Numbered from the stretch's first letter, positions 39,143 through 52,585 are shown. The stretch is DNA of 64,000 nt from Opitutales bacterium (GCA_049598495.1 JBMYNR010000001.1:64001-128000); one strand, 5' to 3'. Numbers and translations: made by a program. Notes: generated by a model not told the origin, from the sequence alone.

Positions 39143-39700
39143 TTATTCGGCCAGACGAATTTCCTGTGCTAGGATGACAAGCTGACTTGAATGATTCGGG
39201 AGTGGGTGCACTTGCCCGCGCAGATAGACCCTCTGGCCAAGATAGGGAGATAGGTCGCTGATAAAGACGCCTGATAAATCGACACAGGCGATAAGACGGC
39301 CTTCGAGCGAACGGAGTCGGATGGGATAAGTGGGTCCCTCGGTCGCAATCTCACGGGTTAGGAGGCCCGTGAGTAGGCGCGGGGTCTTGGCGGGGCCGAA
39401 CTGTGCGACCGCTTCACGGGCCTGAGTATTGGATGGGCTTACGACCAGATCGAGGACTTTCGAATCGACATCTTCGCTCGAGGATTCGGAATCCGGAGTG
39501 GGGGAGCTGGTCGCCGTGATTTTTGCAGTGACCGGTGCCTCTGCCATCGATGCGTCAATCAAGGGTTCGTCAATCAAGGGTTCGTCAATCAAGGGTGCGT
39601 CAATCAAGGGTGCGTATTGCGATCGGTTCTCTTTACCCGCATGCAAGTGGGCAAGGAGCCCGAAACAACTGAGCTTGTAGCCGGCGAGCTTCAATTTCAT
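39143..39700 (-). CDS. Hypothetical exported protein with internal PLID(A/E) tandem repeat
   Basis: Weak signal peptide, low-complexity linker, beta-rich C-terminus; in operon between the pseudouridine synthase and nadK. Confidence 0.7.
   Translation of the reverse strand: MKLKLAGYKLSCFGLLAHLHAGKENRSQYAPLIDAPLIDEPLIDEPLIDASMAEAPVTAKITATSSPTPDSESSSEDVDSKVLDLVVSPSNTQAREAVAQFGPAKTPRLLTGLLTREIATEGPTYPIRLRSLEGRLIACVDLSGVFISDLSPYLGQRVYLRGQVHPLPNHSSQLVILAQEIRLAE
39551..39615. repeat. 15-bp coding tandem repeat x4.3
   Basis: T(G/T)CGTCAATCAAGGG units at 39551, 39566, 39581 and 39596. Confidence 0.95.
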
Positions 39701-39741
39701 AGTTTGAGAAATGTGGCGAATCCGGCGGGTTTTGGCCAGCG

Positions 39742-40476
39742 TTAACGGCCAAAGAGTCGGTCGATGTCTTTTTTACCCAGAATCTTAATGCCTCCCCGTG
39801 GGAGATTCTTTAAAAGGATGCCACCGATCCGTACCCGCACGAGCTTCTTAACGAAGTAACGATTGACTTCGAAGAGTCGTCGCACCTCACGTTTTTTGCC
39901 GTGATGCAGATGCACCTCGAGTCGGCGTTGGTGCCCCTCGCCGACCTGTGGTGCCGGGATGACTTTCTCGGCTTTGAGAAAGTCGCCCTCATATTCGACG
40001 CCATTGAGAAGCTTGGGGATGTCATCCTTATTAAAGTCTCGGTGCAGCACCACCCTGTATCGCTTCACAATCTGGGTGCTCGGATGCGTCAGCCGATGCG
40101 CAAGGTCGCCGTCATTGGTGATGACGAGTAATCCCTCACTGTCTTTGTCTAATCGTCCTGCGCAAAATAGACGTTGTCGCTGGAGATCAGGTGGCAGCAA
40201 ATCGAAAACGGTGCGTTCCGCGTGGGGATCCGCATTTGTGCAGAGGACACCCTTCGGTTTATTCATGATTAGAGTGACCGGTCGCTCCTCTCTGCGAGGA
40301 ATAGGCTTGTTCTTAACAAATATGGCGGCATCGGGTGTCGCCTTATCGCCGAGTTGCGCGATTTTTCCATTCACACGAACCTGGCCGTCCTCAATGTACC
40401 GCTCCGCCTCACGACGGGAACAGAGGCCTGAGTTCGCGATGAGTTTCTGAATGCGTTGTGCTACATGGTCTGACAT
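39742..40476 (-). CDS. rRNA pseudouridine synthase (RsuA/RluB family)
   Basis: S4 domain (RIQKLIANSGLCSRREAE), GRLDKDSEGLL, GKKREVRR. Confidence 0.95.
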   Translation of the reverse strand: MSDHVAQRIQKLIANSGLCSRREAERYIEDGQVRVNGKIAQLGDKATPDAAIFVKNKPIPRREERPVTLIMNKPKGVLCTNADPHAERTVFDLLPPDLQRQRLFCAGRLDKDSEGLLVITNDGDLAHRLTHPSTQIVKRYRVVLHRDFNKDDIPKLLNGVEYEGDFLKAEKVIPAPQVGEGHQRRLEVHLHHGKKREVRRLFEVNRYFVKKLVRVRIGGILLKNLPRGGIKILGKKDIDRLFGR

Positions 40477-40575
40477 CGCGCTAACTAGAGCCTTTATCTC
40501 GGCTCCCTGTCAATGGTGCTGCTTCGTAACATTGGGCTTGCCCCGCTCCTCAGAATGGTTCGAGATTCCGCTCAC

Positions 40576-41324
<749 letters not shown>

Positions 41325-41367
41325 CCAAATTGTGAGAAGTTTCCGATAAACCTAAACTTAGAAAATT

Positions 41368-41622
41368 ATGTCAGATCAAACAATCGAACAACGCGTAAAG
41401 ACAATTATCGTCGATCAGCTCAACGTGAATGAGGAGCAGGTCACACCGGAAGCATCCTTCTTGGATGACCTCGGTGCGGATTCTCTTGATACTGTGGAGC
41501 TTATTATGGCTTTCGAGGAAGAATTCAGCGATGAAATCGACGGCGAAATTCCCGAGTCCGACGCTGAAAAGCTTCAAACTGTTGGCGATGTGACGAAATA
41601 TATCACCGAAAAGGCAGGATAG
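41368..41622 (+). CDS. acpP: Acyl carrier protein
   Basis: [20 protein letters not shown]. Confidence 0.98.
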   Translation: MSDQTIEQRVKTIIVDQLNVNEEQVTPEASFLDDLGADSLDTVELIMAFEEEFSDEIDGEIPESDAEKLQTVGDVTKYITEKAG

Positions 41623-41686
41623 AAGATTCTACTTTCAAACTTACGATTAAGCCGCTTAAATGCGGCTTAATTTTTATACCGACATC

Positions 41687-42940
41687 ATGAGTGGAGAAAT
41701 TGAGAGAAAACGAGTCGTGATCACGGGTATCGGCACGGTTACCAGTTATGGTGACGGCGTTGAGACCTTTTGGGATAATTTGCTGGCAGGAAAGAGTGGG
41801 ATCGCCCGGGTCCAGTCCTTTGATGTGACAGACTATGCGTCGCAAGTTGGGGCCGAATGCCTCGAGTTTGATGCGGCCACGTATATGGATCCGAAAGAGG
41901 CGCGCAGAAATGACCGCTATACCCAGTTTGCTGTCGCGGGTGCGCGCTTGGCTCTTAAGGATGCGGATCTGGATCCGGCAACGCTCGAAGCGGACCGTTT
42001 TGGCGTGCTTATCGGCTCCGGGATCGGCGGGATGATGACGATTCAAACACAGAGCCGTCGCCTCTTTGAAATGGGGCCACGGAAGGTTTCTCCTTTCATG
42101 ATTCCCTCGTTGATTGCAAATATTGCGAGCGGTGTTGTGGCTATCGAAGTGGGTGCCCGTGGTCCAAACTACGGGATTGTCAGTGCCTGTGCGTCTGGCA
42201 CTCACAGTATCGGTGAGGCTTATCAGATGATCCGTGATGGTGAGGCTGAAGTGATGCTTGCCGGTGGCAGTGAAGCGGCGATTACCGAGCTCGGTTACGC
42301 CGGTTTTTGTTCGATGAAGGCCATGAGTACGAGTTATAACGACGCCCCTGAAACGGCTAGTCGACCCTTCGATAAGGGGCGTGATGGCTTCATTATGGGT
42401 GAGGGCACGGGGGTTCTTGTTATGGAGACGTTGGAGCACGCTCAAGCCCGTGGCGCGACGATTTATTGCGAAATCGGCGGTTATAGCGCGACTTGTGATG
42501 CCTATCACATCACCTCGCCCGACCCTGAAGGGAAAGCACTCGGCGCAGCGATGACCAATGTAATCAAGGAGGCTGGAATCACTCCTCAGGACGTGAGCTA
42601 TATTAACGCTCACGGCACCTCGACCCCGTATAATGACAAATTCGAGACTGCCGCGATTAAGAAGGCCCTCGGTGACGCGGCCTATGAACTCGCGGTTTCT
42701 TCGACCAAGGGGATGACCGGCCACCTGCTTGGAGCGGCTGGAGGGATCGAATCGGCGGTTTGTGCACTGGCGATTCGTGACGACAAAATCCCTCCGACGA
42801 TCAACTACAATGATCCTGATCCCGACTGTGACCTCGATTACGTGCCTAACAAGATGCGTGATGCGGAGGTGAATGTCGCCGTGTGTAATAATCTTGGCTT
42901 CGGTGGTCACAATGCCACCCTTCTCTTTAAGAAGATCTAG
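41687..42940 (+). CDS. fabF: 3-oxoacyl-ACP synthase II
   Basis: RVVITGIG, SACASG, NAHGTST, GHLLGAAG, GFGGHN. Confidence 0.97.
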   Translation: MSGEIERKRVVITGIGTVTSYGDGVETFWDNLLAGKSGIARVQSFDVTDYASQVGAECLEFDAATYMDPKEARRNDRYTQFAVAGARLALKDADLDPATLEADRFGVLIGSGIGGMMTIQTQSRRLFEMGPRKVSPFMIPSLIANIASGVVAIEVGARGPNYGIVSACASGTHSIGEAYQMIRDGEAEVMLAGGSEAAITELGYAGFCSMKAMSTSYNDAPETASRPFDKGRDGFIMGEGTGVLVMETLEHAQARGATIYCEIGGYSATCDAYHITSPDPEGKALGAAMTNVIKEAGITPQDVSYINAHGTSTPYNDKFETAAIKKALGDAAYELAVSSTKGMTGHLLGAAGGIESAVCALAIRDDKIPPTINYNDPDPDCDLDYVPNKMRDAEVNVAVCNNLGFGGHNATLLFKKI

Positions 42941-43082
42941 TCTTCGGGGTTTCGTCGGCTCTAGCTCCCAGTCAGTGACTGTCGAATGTATCCGATACAT
43001 GGCCCGTATGGGCACTTTTTCCTGTTGGAAACCATGACGGCTTGCAACTTTCCGATTGTTCCACAGCTTCGTGTGCTTCGAA

Positions 43083-43721
43083 ATGTCTGAAGATTCCACA
43101 TTAACCAAGCCACGACTCGCTGTTATTGATTATGGTATGGGTAATCTGCGTAGTGTTGTCCGTGCTTGGCAGCATGTGGGAGCACACGCACACCTTGTTG
43201 ATACACCCGATCAGATCGTTGGATCGGACGCCCTGGTTTTTCCGGGCCAGGGAGCGATTGTGGACGCGATGCGACTTCTTCGAGAGACCGGTTTTGACCG
43301 TGCGATTCGTGACTGGATCGAGGCGGATCGCCCCTTTTTTGGGATTTGTCTTGGTCTCCAGGCACTCTTTGAGCATTCAGAAGAAGGGGATACGCCCGCG
43401 CTCGGCATCTTCAAAGGTTCGGTCAAGCGCTTCCAAATAAATCCTTCCCTGAAGATCCCACACATGGGTTGGAATGCAGTTAATTTCCAAGCGGGTGCCC
43501 CTTTGACCTATGGGTTGCAATCCGGGAAAGATCAATTCTACTTTGTGCACAGTTATTATATCGACCCCGTTGACGCGGATTTGGCTCTCTTCCGAACCGA
43601 TTACGGTGGGGAATTTGTTTCCGGAATTCAGCGTGGGAAGTGCTACGCGACTCAGTTTCATCCCGAAAAAAGTCAGGCAAAAGGATTGCATCTATATCGA
43701 AATTTTTTGAGATCGCTCTAG
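43083..43721 (+). CDS. hisH: Imidazole glycerol phosphate synthase glutaminase subunit
   Basis: [36 protein letters not shown]. Confidence 0.97.
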   Translation: MSEDSTLTKPRLAVIDYGMGNLRSVVRAWQHVGAHAHLVDTPDQIVGSDALVFPGQGAIVDAMRLLRETGFDRAIRDWIEADRPFFGICLGLQALFEHSEEGDTPALGIFKGSVKRFQINPSLKIPHMGWNAVNFQAGAPLTYGLQSGKDQFYFVHSYYIDPVDADLALFRTDYGGEFVSGIQRGKCYATQFHPEKSQAKGLHLYRNFLRSL

Positions 43722-43786
43722 TAATCAAGGAGATACGTCTAAGCGTTGATTGACGACCACTCAGGCAGAGCACGACCATCAAGACC

Positions 43787-45073
<1,287 letters not shown>

Positions 45074-45098
45074 AGAGACGATTATTTTTTGTGCCCGT

Positions 45099-45998
45099 TC
45101 ACTTCGATGGGCGAGAGTTGCGTGCGCGTTCCATGAAATCCTGGAGGTAATCTACCTGATGGCGATCGTCGCGAATCCCTAGGAATATTTTTTTGGCGAG
45201 CCCCTTTTTACCGAGACGGATTGGCTGAATCGAATATTCCTTCATATGCTCCTCGACTAACCATCGTGGAAGTGCGGCAACTCCTCGTCCGCAAGCGACC
45301 ATCTGGAGCATTATGTCTGTGGTTTCCACGATTTTTTGACGTCGTACGCTTCGCCCTGCTGGGGTTAAGAAATGCTTGTAGATATCGAGTCGGTCTTGGG
45401 GCACTGGGAAAGTGAATAGTAGTTCGTCGCCCAGGTGGCGCGGAATGACGTAATCGGAATCAGCAAGTTTGTGGTCGGACGCAACGACTAGAACTTGCTC
45501 ATAGTCAAAGACAGATTCGAATGATAGACCCTTTTTATGGTAGGGATCTGGCGTCACAAGAATGTCGATCTCGTGGGCGAATAGAGCGCCCACCGCTCCA
45601 AACTGAAACGCTTGCCTTACATCAAGATCGACCATTGGCCATTCTCGTAAATAGGGAGTCGTAATTCTGTGTAACCACCTGTAGCACGGGTGACACTCCA
45701 TGCCGATGCGCAAGGTGCCACGTTCACCTCTGGCAAATTGCTGAATTTGTTCTTCAGTGTTGAGAAATTGGGGAATCAATCGGCTTGCTGCGTTGAGTAG
45801 GTGAGTCCCTGCTTGGGTTGGAATGAGCTTTCTCCCTTCGCGATGCCAGAGCTTAATACTTAACTGGTCTTCGAGCTTCCGCATGCTATGGCTCAGGGCG
45901 GACTGAGTGAGATGTAGGGCTTTAGCGGCTGCGGTCATACTGCCATGGTGATGAATAGCGTGTATGATTTCCAAATGGATGCGTTCGATGTAGAGCAT
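45099..45998 (-). CDS. metR: LysR-family regulator MetR
   Basis: LysR HTH (LHLTQSALSH), GMECHPCYRWL, RLDIY; divergent from metE. Confidence 0.92.
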   Translation of the reverse strand: MLYIERIHLEIIHAIHHHGSMTAAAKALHLTQSALSHSMRKLEDQLSIKLWHREGRKLIPTQAGTHLLNAASRLIPQFLNTEEQIQQFARGERGTLRIGMECHPCYRWLHRITTPYLREWPMVDLDVRQAFQFGAVGALFAHEIDILVTPDPYHKKGLSFESVFDYEQVLVVASDHKLADSDYVIPRHLGDELLFTFPVPQDRLDIYKHFLTPAGRSVRRQKIVETTDIMLQMVACGRGVAALPRWLVEEHMKEYSIQPIRLGKKGLAKKIFLGIRDDRHQVDYLQDFMERARNSRPSK

Positions 45999-46006
45999 GG
46001 TTACCG

Positions 46007-46042
46007 ATGAATAGTGTGCATTGATTCATGAATAAATACCAT
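46007..46042. promoter_or_regulatory. Two MetR-box-like sites between metR and metE
   Basis: ATGAATAGTGTGCAT (46007-46021) and ATGAATAAATACCAT (46028-46042), resembling TGAA-N5-TTCA, 21 bp apart. Confidence 0.6.
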
Positions 46043-46078
46043 TTTTATTCATGAATCGAGTCTGTTATTCTAGAGCCC

Positions 46079-48433
46079 ATGTCTAAAATCGAAGCAAACA
46101 AGGATTCAATCACTACACATTCACTTGGCTATCCGCGTATCGGAGGGCGACGCGAATTAAAAAAGGCAACTGAAGCCTTCTGGAAGGGACGATTAACACT
46201 TGAGGAGTTGATTGCTACTGGAAAGCGCTTACGTGCTCTTAACTGGAAAAAGCAACAGATGACGGGGATCGACCTGATTCCTGTTAATGACTTTTCGTTC
46301 TATGACCAAGTGTTGGATATGAGTTGCCTGCTCGGCAATCTGCCACCTCGCTTTGGCATAAACGAAAAAGAAATCGGAGTGGAGGCCGCATTTACGGTTG
46401 CTCGTGGAACTCAAGGGGGAGCCTCATTAGTTGAGGATGAAAAAGATTGTCAGACTGGCAAGGTTTCTACCTTTGCGAGCGAGATGACGAAGTGGTTTGA
46501 CACAAACTATCACTACATTGTGCCGGAGCTTCGTGCGGATACTGAGTTCTCCTTGAGTCACCTTAAAGTGATTGAAGAATTTGAAGAAGCAAAGGCATTG
46601 GGAATTAATGGAAAGCCCATACTCATTGGACCCGTGACATATTTATCGCTCGGTAAGGTTCAAGATTCCAAGAACAATGACTTCGAGCCGCTTAATTTAC
46701 TTGAGAAATTGATCCCCGTTTATTGCGAGGTGATTACAAAGTTAAGTGATGCAAGGGCAGAGTGGATTCAGCTCGATGAGCCAATTTTCTCGACGGATCT
46801 TAGTGAGGCTCAGCGTTATGCATTAAAGTATGCCTACTCGAAGCTTTCCTGTATTGAAAATCGGTCGAAAATACTTGTCGCTACGTACTTTGGTGGTGTC
46901 CGGGAAAATCTCACCGACTACCTTACCCTACCAGTCGACGGCCTCCATTTCGATTTTATTCGTGGGGCTGAAGAGTTTGAAACAGTTTTGGACCAGTTCC
47001 CAAGGGGTAAAGTGTTGTCTGCGGGTGTGGTCGATGGCAGGAACGTTTGGAAGAACGATTTCGATGTGACGCTTGAATTATTGCGTAAGGCTGAGATTGC
47101 GCTCGGACAGGATAAGCTATGGATCGCGCCGACCTGCTCGCTGCTGCATTCACCCATCACACTTGAGGATGAACCCGCCCTGGATCCCGAGCTCAGGGGC
47201 TGGCTGGCATTTGCGGATGAAAAGTTGACTGAAGTTTATCAACTTGGAGAGATTCTTAAGGGACGTGGTAGTGAATCGCTTTTGATGAATAATCGATTGG
47301 CGATTGCGTCACGCAAGTCGAGCTCCAGCATACACTCGGAGCATGTGAAAGCAAGGCTTGCTTCGGTGAAGCCAGATGATTTTGAGAGAAAATCGAATTT
47401 TGAAATTCGTCGGGAGCAACAACGAGAGAAGCTGAATCTACCTGAATTTCCAACATCAACAATCGGTTCGTTTCCCCAGACGAAAGAGGTTCGTCAAGCA
47501 CGTGCAAAATGGAAAAGAGGTGAGCTCAGCGATTCGGCTTATGATCAATTCCTAAAGGAAGAAACTGCGAAATGTGTTCATTTCCAGGATGCAATTGGTA
47601 TTGATATGTTGGTTCACGGCGAGTTCGAGCGTAATGACATGGTCGAGTATTTTGGTGAGAATCTTGAAGGGTTTACATTTACCGAAAACGGCTGGGTCCA
47701 AAGCTTTGGTACTCGCTGCGTAAAACCGCCAGTTATCTATGGTGATGTCAGTCGGCGGGGGCCGATAACAGTTCATTGGTCTGAGTATGCACAGTCGCTA
47801 ACGACCCGTCCTATGAAGGGAATGCTCACAGGCCCCGTGACGATTTTACAATGGAGCTTTGTACGTGATGATCAGCCGAGGTCGGTTACGGCACACCAGA
47901 TAGCTTTGGCAATACGAGATGAAGTGATCGATTTAGAAGCCGCCGGAATTGCTGCTATTCAAATTGATGAACCAGCTTTTCGCGAGGGCTTGCCGCTGCG
48001 CCGTATAGATTGGTGTGGCTATCTCGACTGGGCTGTTAAGGCCTTCCGGCTAAGTGCTAGCGGTGTTAAAGATACGACTCAGATCCACACTCATATGTGC
48101 TATTCTGAGTTCAACGACATTATTGATTCGATCACGGAGATGGATGCTGATGTTATTACAATCGAGACATCTCGCTCGAATATGGACTTGCTTGGTGCAT
48201 TTGTTGAGTTCGACTATCCGAATGAGATCGGTCCAGGTGTTTACGATATTCATTCACCTCGCATCCCTCAGGTCGATGAAATGATGAATCTGATTGTCAA
48301 GGCGGAGTCCGTACTTCCTCGTAGGAACTTGTGGATCAACCCAGACTGCGGGCTAAAAACCCGACAATGGTCAGAAGTAAAGCCGTCACTGAGCAACATG
48401 GTAGAGGCCGCTAAATTGCTAAGGAGATCATGA
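46079..48433 (+). CDS. metE: Cobalamin-independent methionine synthase
   Basis: LGYPRIG, MTKWFDTNYHY, GEFERNDMVEYF, HTHMCYSEF, WINPDCGLKTR. Confidence 0.98.
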   Translation: MSKIEANKDSITTHSLGYPRIGGRRELKKATEAFWKGRLTLEELIATGKRLRALNWKKQQMTGIDLIPVNDFSFYDQVLDMSCLLGNLPPRFGINEKEIGVEAAFTVARGTQGGASLVEDEKDCQTGKVSTFASEMTKWFDTNYHYIVPELRADTEFSLSHLKVIEEFEEAKALGINGKPILIGPVTYLSLGKVQDSKNNDFEPLNLLEKLIPVYCEVITKLSDARAEWIQLDEPIFSTDLSEAQRYALKYAYSKLSCIENRSKILVATYFGGVRENLTDYLTLPVDGLHFDFIRGAEEFETVLDQFPRGKVLSAGVVDGRNVWKNDFDVTLELLRKAEIALGQDKLWIAPTCSLLHSPITLEDEPALDPELRGWLAFADEKLTEVYQLGEILKGRGSESLLMNNRLAIASRKSSSSIHSEHVKARLASVKPDDFERKSNFEIRREQQREKLNLPEFPTSTIGSFPQTKEVRQARAKWKRGELSDSAYDQFLKEETAKCVHFQDAIGIDMLVHGEFERNDMVEYFGENLEGFTFTENGWVQSFGTRCVKPPVIYGDVSRRGPITVHWSEYAQSLTTRPMKGMLTGPVTILQWSFVRDDQPRSVTAHQIALAIRDEVIDLEAAGIAAIQIDEPAFREGLPLRRIDWCGYLDWAVKAFRLSASGVKDTTQIHTHMCYSEFNDIIDSITEMDADVITIETSRSNMDLLGAFVEFDYPNEIGPGVYDIHSPRIPQVDEMMNLIVKAESVLPRRNLWINPDCGLKTRQWSEVKPSLSNMVEAAKLLRRS

Positions 48434-48544
48434 CATTTCTCAGCATTAAATTGTAATCAATCAGTCGATTCGAATGGAGATATACTTGAAATTGTTTGGC
48501 TCAAATTCTTGCCAAACTGGAGTGCTGCTTACAGCTTGTGGCCC

Positions 48545-48829
48545 ATGCTGCGCTTGATTGGGCAAATTTTCACTTGGTTGCTAACCTGGCTCTATTATGT
48601 GCTGATCATTTGCATCGTGGGTGCGATGCTCGGTGTGGTCACGCATGTGCTCTTCGGTTGGTTCTTTATGGACGGGCCGGACTACCGCTATCTGGCTTCG
48701 TTCGGGTTCTCGAATGGAATCCGCTATGGAGCTGTCTGGGCAGGAGGTTTGGCTATCGTGCTTTGTGTCACGCGGGCCCGGAAGGCATACCTGCTCAAAA
48801 AGACTGCATCCGAGGAGGCCGCCAAATGA
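48545..48829 (+). CDS. Hypothetical small membrane protein
   Basis: Hydrophobic helices; ATGA overlap with the next gene. Confidence 0.7.
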   Translation: MLRLIGQIFTWLLTWLYYVLIICIVGAMLGVVTHVLFGWFFMDGPDYRYLASFGFSNGIRYGAVWAGGLAIVLCVTRARKAYLLKKTASEEAAK

Positions 48830-49389
48830 GTCGATCCGATCGTATTCTCGTGTATCTGGTGGGTTTCGGAATCGGTATGATCCTGGTCTGGATGATCCTT
48901 GCCCGTCGAGCGGCTAAAGAGGAGATGGCTGTGGATCCTTGGGTGGCGCATAATACGCAAGCCATCGAAGCCGGCGCCGAGCCTTTGCCCGCCGCAATCC
49001 CAGCTGCCATTCAGAAGGGTCGGATCATCGACTTCGGCTACCTGCCGAGCGTAGATGTGCCTAAGGAGAAGGTTTGGCTTCTCAACTTCGAGGAGAGTTA
49101 TCCCTACGTGCGTGTGGTCGAGGATCTTGATTCCGGTGAGTTTCGCTACATGGCTGCGGACCAGATATCGATTCAATTGGCCGATGGGGTTGATGTGACG
49201 GCACTCAAGCCGATGCTCGATGAGCTGGGCCTGCGTCTACGCATGTTCAACCGAAAGGAGCAGCTCGCGGTGGTGGGCGTTCTACACACTGGTATTGGTG
49301 CCATACCCGATACGATCGAGGCTCTCAAGGATTGGGGTGACTTATTTGTCAACGCGCAGCCGGATGTATTACGCTTCCAGCCACGCTAG
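48826..49389 (+). CDS. Hypothetical protein with N-terminal TM helix
   Basis: MSRSDRILVYLVGFGIGMILVW; start coupled to the upstream stop. Confidence 0.75.
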   Translation: MSRSDRILVYLVGFGIGMILVWMILARRAAKEEMAVDPWVAHNTQAIEAGAEPLPAAIPAAIQKGRIIDFGYLPSVDVPKEKVWLLNFEESYPYVRVVEDLDSGEFRYMAADQISIQLADGVDVTALKPMLDELGLRLRMFNRKEQLAVVGVLHTGIGAIPDTIEALKDWGDLFVNAQPDVLRFQPR

Positions 49390-49397
49390 AAATCCGC

Positions 49398-50669
49398 TTA
49401 TTGGTAGATCTGAAAACGCTTCGTCGTCTGTTGAAAGCGTCGTGCCGCCTGGGACCAGGTTTCTACGAATTGATGGACGCGTGCTCCCGAGCCGCGGCTT
49501 GTAATTTCGTTCCACCAAGAGGTGCTGCCTACGTGTTTGTTAAAAAGAGTCGGGTTCTTCGAGGCCTTAAAGGGATTCGTTGGCGACCAAGTCGCTGCTA
49601 ACTGCATCATATGAAAGCTGAGCTCGGTCGGCCGAAGGCTTCCCCAGTCGGTTACACTGACATAGACTCCTGAAACAGGCCTACCTGCTGCTGTGGTCGT
49701 TTGCACAATCCTGTAGTTCAGCCCGGGAATACGGCGCGCTTCGAGTGCCGTTTTGAGCTGCTGGGGTGTCTTGCCCTTGTAGTTTAAGAGTCGAAAGGGA
49801 TAGGGTGTTCCGATGCCATGGCTGAAGCCACCTTCCTGAGCGCCAAGTCCGGTCATGGCATAGCCGAGCACGGCCGACAGATCAGGAATGTAAGGTGAGG
49901 TGGGGATCCATGGCAGCCCTGTCTGCGTCCAGAGCATGTCGCGTGACCATCCACGCATCGGAATGATGGTTAGTTTCCCATTTTTACGGGCCGATTCCGC
50001 TGTATGCATCCAGCCGGGCATGTGCTTGGCCATTCGAGCGAGTTCCGCGATCGTAAGGCCATGGACGTAGGGCACGTAAAATGCGCCCACATAGCTTCGC
50101 CACCGCTCCTCTAGCGGAGGGCCATCAACTTTGAGGCCGCCAAGTGGGTTGGGGCGATCCAGAACAATGACTTCGACACCATTCTCGAAACAGGCCTCCA
50201 TGGCATAACGCATACAACTCACATAGGTGTAGGAGCGCACGCCCACATCCTGCAAATCAACCACCAATGCATCAAGTCCACGTAGCATCTGTTTCGTTGG
50301 CTTGCGGTATTTTCCGTAAAGTGAGTGGACGGGGAGGCCGGTGCGTGGGTCAATCCTATCCTCTACCGGCACGTTGGCTTTTTCGTTTCCGTAGATTCCG
50401 TGTTCCGGTCCGAAGAGAGCAACGAGGCGAGCATTGGGAGCTCGTTGAAGAACGTCGATGCTGCTCTCCCCCCGCCGATTGACCCCTGCGGGATGTGTCA
50501 AGAGTCCGACACGCTTGCCAGCGATTGCCTTGTAGCCACTGCGCTCGAGTCGGTCGATTCCCAGCATGATCGGCTCTGCTGGAGCCGACGTGACAAGGCC
50601 TGCGAGTAGGGATGCGACGATCCCAATCCTAGTCAGCATCCTGCGAAAAAAATATGGAAGGGGGATCAT
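49398..50669 (-). CDS. namZ: DUF1343 / NamZ family exo-beta-N-acetylmuramidase
   Basis: [43 protein letters not shown]. Confidence 0.9.
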   Translation of the reverse strand: MIPLPYFFRRMLTRIGIVASLLAGLVTSAPAEPIMLGIDRLERSGYKAIAGKRVGLLTHPAGVNRRGESSIDVLQRAPNARLVALFGPEHGIYGNEKANVPVEDRIDPRTGLPVHSLYGKYRKPTKQMLRGLDALVVDLQDVGVRSYTYVSCMRYAMEACFENGVEVIVLDRPNPLGGLKVDGPPLEERWRSYVGAFYVPYVHGLTIAELARMAKHMPGWMHTAESARKNGKLTIIPMRGWSRDMLWTQTGLPWIPTSPYIPDLSAVLGYAMTGLGAQEGGFSHGIGTPYPFRLLNYKGKTPQQLKTALEARRIPGLNYRIVQTTTAAGRPVSGVYVSVTDWGSLRPTELSFHMMQLAATWSPTNPFKASKNPTLFNKHVGSTSWWNEITSRGSGARVHQFVETWSQAARRFQQTTKRFQIYQ

Positions 50670-51313
50670 ATGTCGGGGTTAAAGGGCGTTTGGCACTGCT
50701 TGTGATGATGCAACTTATCGCGGATTAAGGCGTAGCTGGTTGCAGTGCGCTTGGCAATGATACGGTAGGTTACGCTCCCGATCAGGCCAAAGAAGACTCC
50801 GAGAACAAGGGCACCGAGACTGGTTACCGAAAACACGGTCGAGAGGTTTTCGAAACGATTGCCCCAGTCACCATGGGTAAAGCTATCCAACATGGCTTTC
50901 AGTTCGCTACGATTAAGCGGCCTCATCTCGATGCCAAAAATCCCTAGAACGGTGCGTCCAATCTGATAATCTGCCAGCCAGAGTGGAACCGCGGTAAGCG
51001 GGTTAGAGACCATTTGAAGGCTGGCGAGAATAGGCAGGTTCGCACGTAGAAGCAGCGCAAGTACAAGAGCGGTCGGTATTTGAATACCGTAAATTGGCAT
51101 AAAGGTAAGAATGCAGCCCGCGTAGATTGCAGGCACCGCATTTTTCGAGCGAAAGCTCCAGATGTATGCGCGTTTACGGGCGCCTTTAGAGAACCACCTT
51201 AAGATCGGGTATCGATGAATATTGGCCCGCCGCGGCAGGGGGCGTAGCCAGCGTTTTACGCGACGTATGCGGCGCCACTTCGTTTGGTGGAGTTCTGACT
51301 CTTCAGCCGTCAT
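50666..51313 (-). CDS. DUF2062-family membrane protein
   Basis: MPIYGIQ...RANLP...VSNPLT motif pattern. Confidence 0.8.
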   Translation of the reverse strand: MTAEESELHQTKWRRIRRVKRWLRPLPRRANIHRYPILRWFSKGARKRAYIWSFRSKNAVPAIYAGCILTFMPIYGIQIPTALVLALLLRANLPILASLQMVSNPLTAVPLWLADYQIGRTVLGIFGIEMRPLNRSELKAMLDSFTHGDWGNRFENLSTVFSVTSLGALVLGVFFGLIGSVTYRIIAKRTATSYALIRDKLHHHKQCQTPFNPDI

Positions 51314-52478
51314 GTGTATAAAGTGTACGCAATACTTCGCTGACTTTTCGGTTTAAATACTCGGGGGCATTATGAAGGGCGTCCTCAATGGGTGTGCCCT
51401 TCGGAGTGATGCTGTAGATGGCAGTTCCCGGAAAACGTTCACGGATGGTTTTAGCGGTTTCCTCTTCGGCCTTACCTGCCAGCAGGATTGCTTGGGTATC
51501 GCTGGAGTAGGCGGCAGCAAGCAGGGCATAGGGACCCTTGCCGGCTAGTGAGCTATTGTCGAATTTGCCTTCACCGGTGAGTATAAGGTCGGCCTCTCTG
51601 ATCCTGGAGGCCAGGTCCAGCCAAGCAGTGACAAGCTCGAAGCCCGGGACATAGTTCGAATTGAAGGCAAGATTGAGACCAAAACCGATCCCGCCAGCGG
51701 CTCCACTCCCCGGGGTTTGCATGGCGTCCGTAGATTGACTGAAGAAGGCACAGAGTTGTTCGGCGACTCTCGCGGAAGCATGATCGAAGGCTTCGATCTC
51801 GGTCGGCATGAGGCCCTTTTGGGGGCCATAGACCGCCGCGGCACCCCGCGCGCCAAGCAGTGGGTTGTCGACATCGCAAGCCACATAGATGGGAGGGACC
51901 GCTAATTCGATCTGACCACGAATCCTATCGATTAAGGGCCACTGCGCCGGCGTTACCTGTCCACTTTCACAGAATTCGAGACCGAGGGCCTCGAGTGCGC
52001 CGAGTCCTAGATCGCTTGTGGCGCTACCGCCAACCCCAAGGAGAATAGCGCTGGCCTCTTGTGCTACGGCGATACGAATCAAATCGCCCACGCCGTGTGT
52101 GGTGCAATGCCTTGGGTGGCGCTGATCCGGAGGAACCTGCTCAAGCCCGGCAACCGAAGCCATTTCAATAATCGCCAACTTACCCGTGCGATCGCCGAGA
52201 AAGCCACGGGCTTTCTCCGGGATTCGGTCTAGCTCGACCCAGCCAAGCGGCGCGTCGAGCATTTCCCCTAGCGGTCCGCAGACGGGATGATACTCGACAT
52301 GCCCACCTGCCGCGTCCGTCAGGATGGGGCAGAAGCCCTCGCCTCCGTCCGTGAGGGGTGCGCGTGTAAGCGTGAGTGGCTCGCCCAGAGCATCCAAAGC
52401 ACCTGAAAGGGCAGCATCGCAGGCGCGATCCGCCGACATGGCGTCCTTGAACTTATCGAAGGCGGCAAGAATGTGCAT
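51303..52478 (-). CDS. Glycerate kinase (GlxK/GarK family)
   Basis: AFDKFK, DGGEG, GVGGSATSD, CDVDNPL, GAAGG, TGEG. Confidence 0.93.
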   Translation of the reverse strand: MHILAAFDKFKDAMSADRACDAALSGALDALGEPLTLTRAPLTDGGEGFCPILTDAAGGHVEYHPVCGPLGEMLDAPLGWVELDRIPEKARGFLGDRTGKLAIIEMASVAGLEQVPPDQRHPRHCTTHGVGDLIRIAVAQEASAILLGVGGSATSDLGLGALEALGLEFCESGQVTPAQWPLIDRIRGQIELAVPPIYVACDVDNPLLGARGAAAVYGPQKGLMPTEIEAFDHASARVAEQLCAFFSQSTDAMQTPGSGAAGGIGFGLNLAFNSNYVPGFELVTAWLDLASRIREADLILTGEGKFDNSSLAGKGPYALLAAAYSSDTQAILLAGKAEEETAKTIRERFPGTAIYSITPKGTPIEDALHNAPEYLNRKVSEVLRTLYTHDG

Positions 52479-52585
52479 GATTGGATGAAGGATGAGTGAC
52501 GAAGAGGGACGGATAAATTAACAGGTTCTCAAATACCAGACCAATACTCAGTGCTCCGCCCCCCCGCCATTGCGGCATAGGCGTA

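Noticed and set aside
39551..39615. Possible CRISPR array
   Set aside because: Head-to-tail 15-mers without spacers, inside a CDS, with no cas genes
41603..43108. 501-aa minus-strand ORF
   Set aside because: Antisense shadow of fabF with no recognisable motif; expected from codon bias
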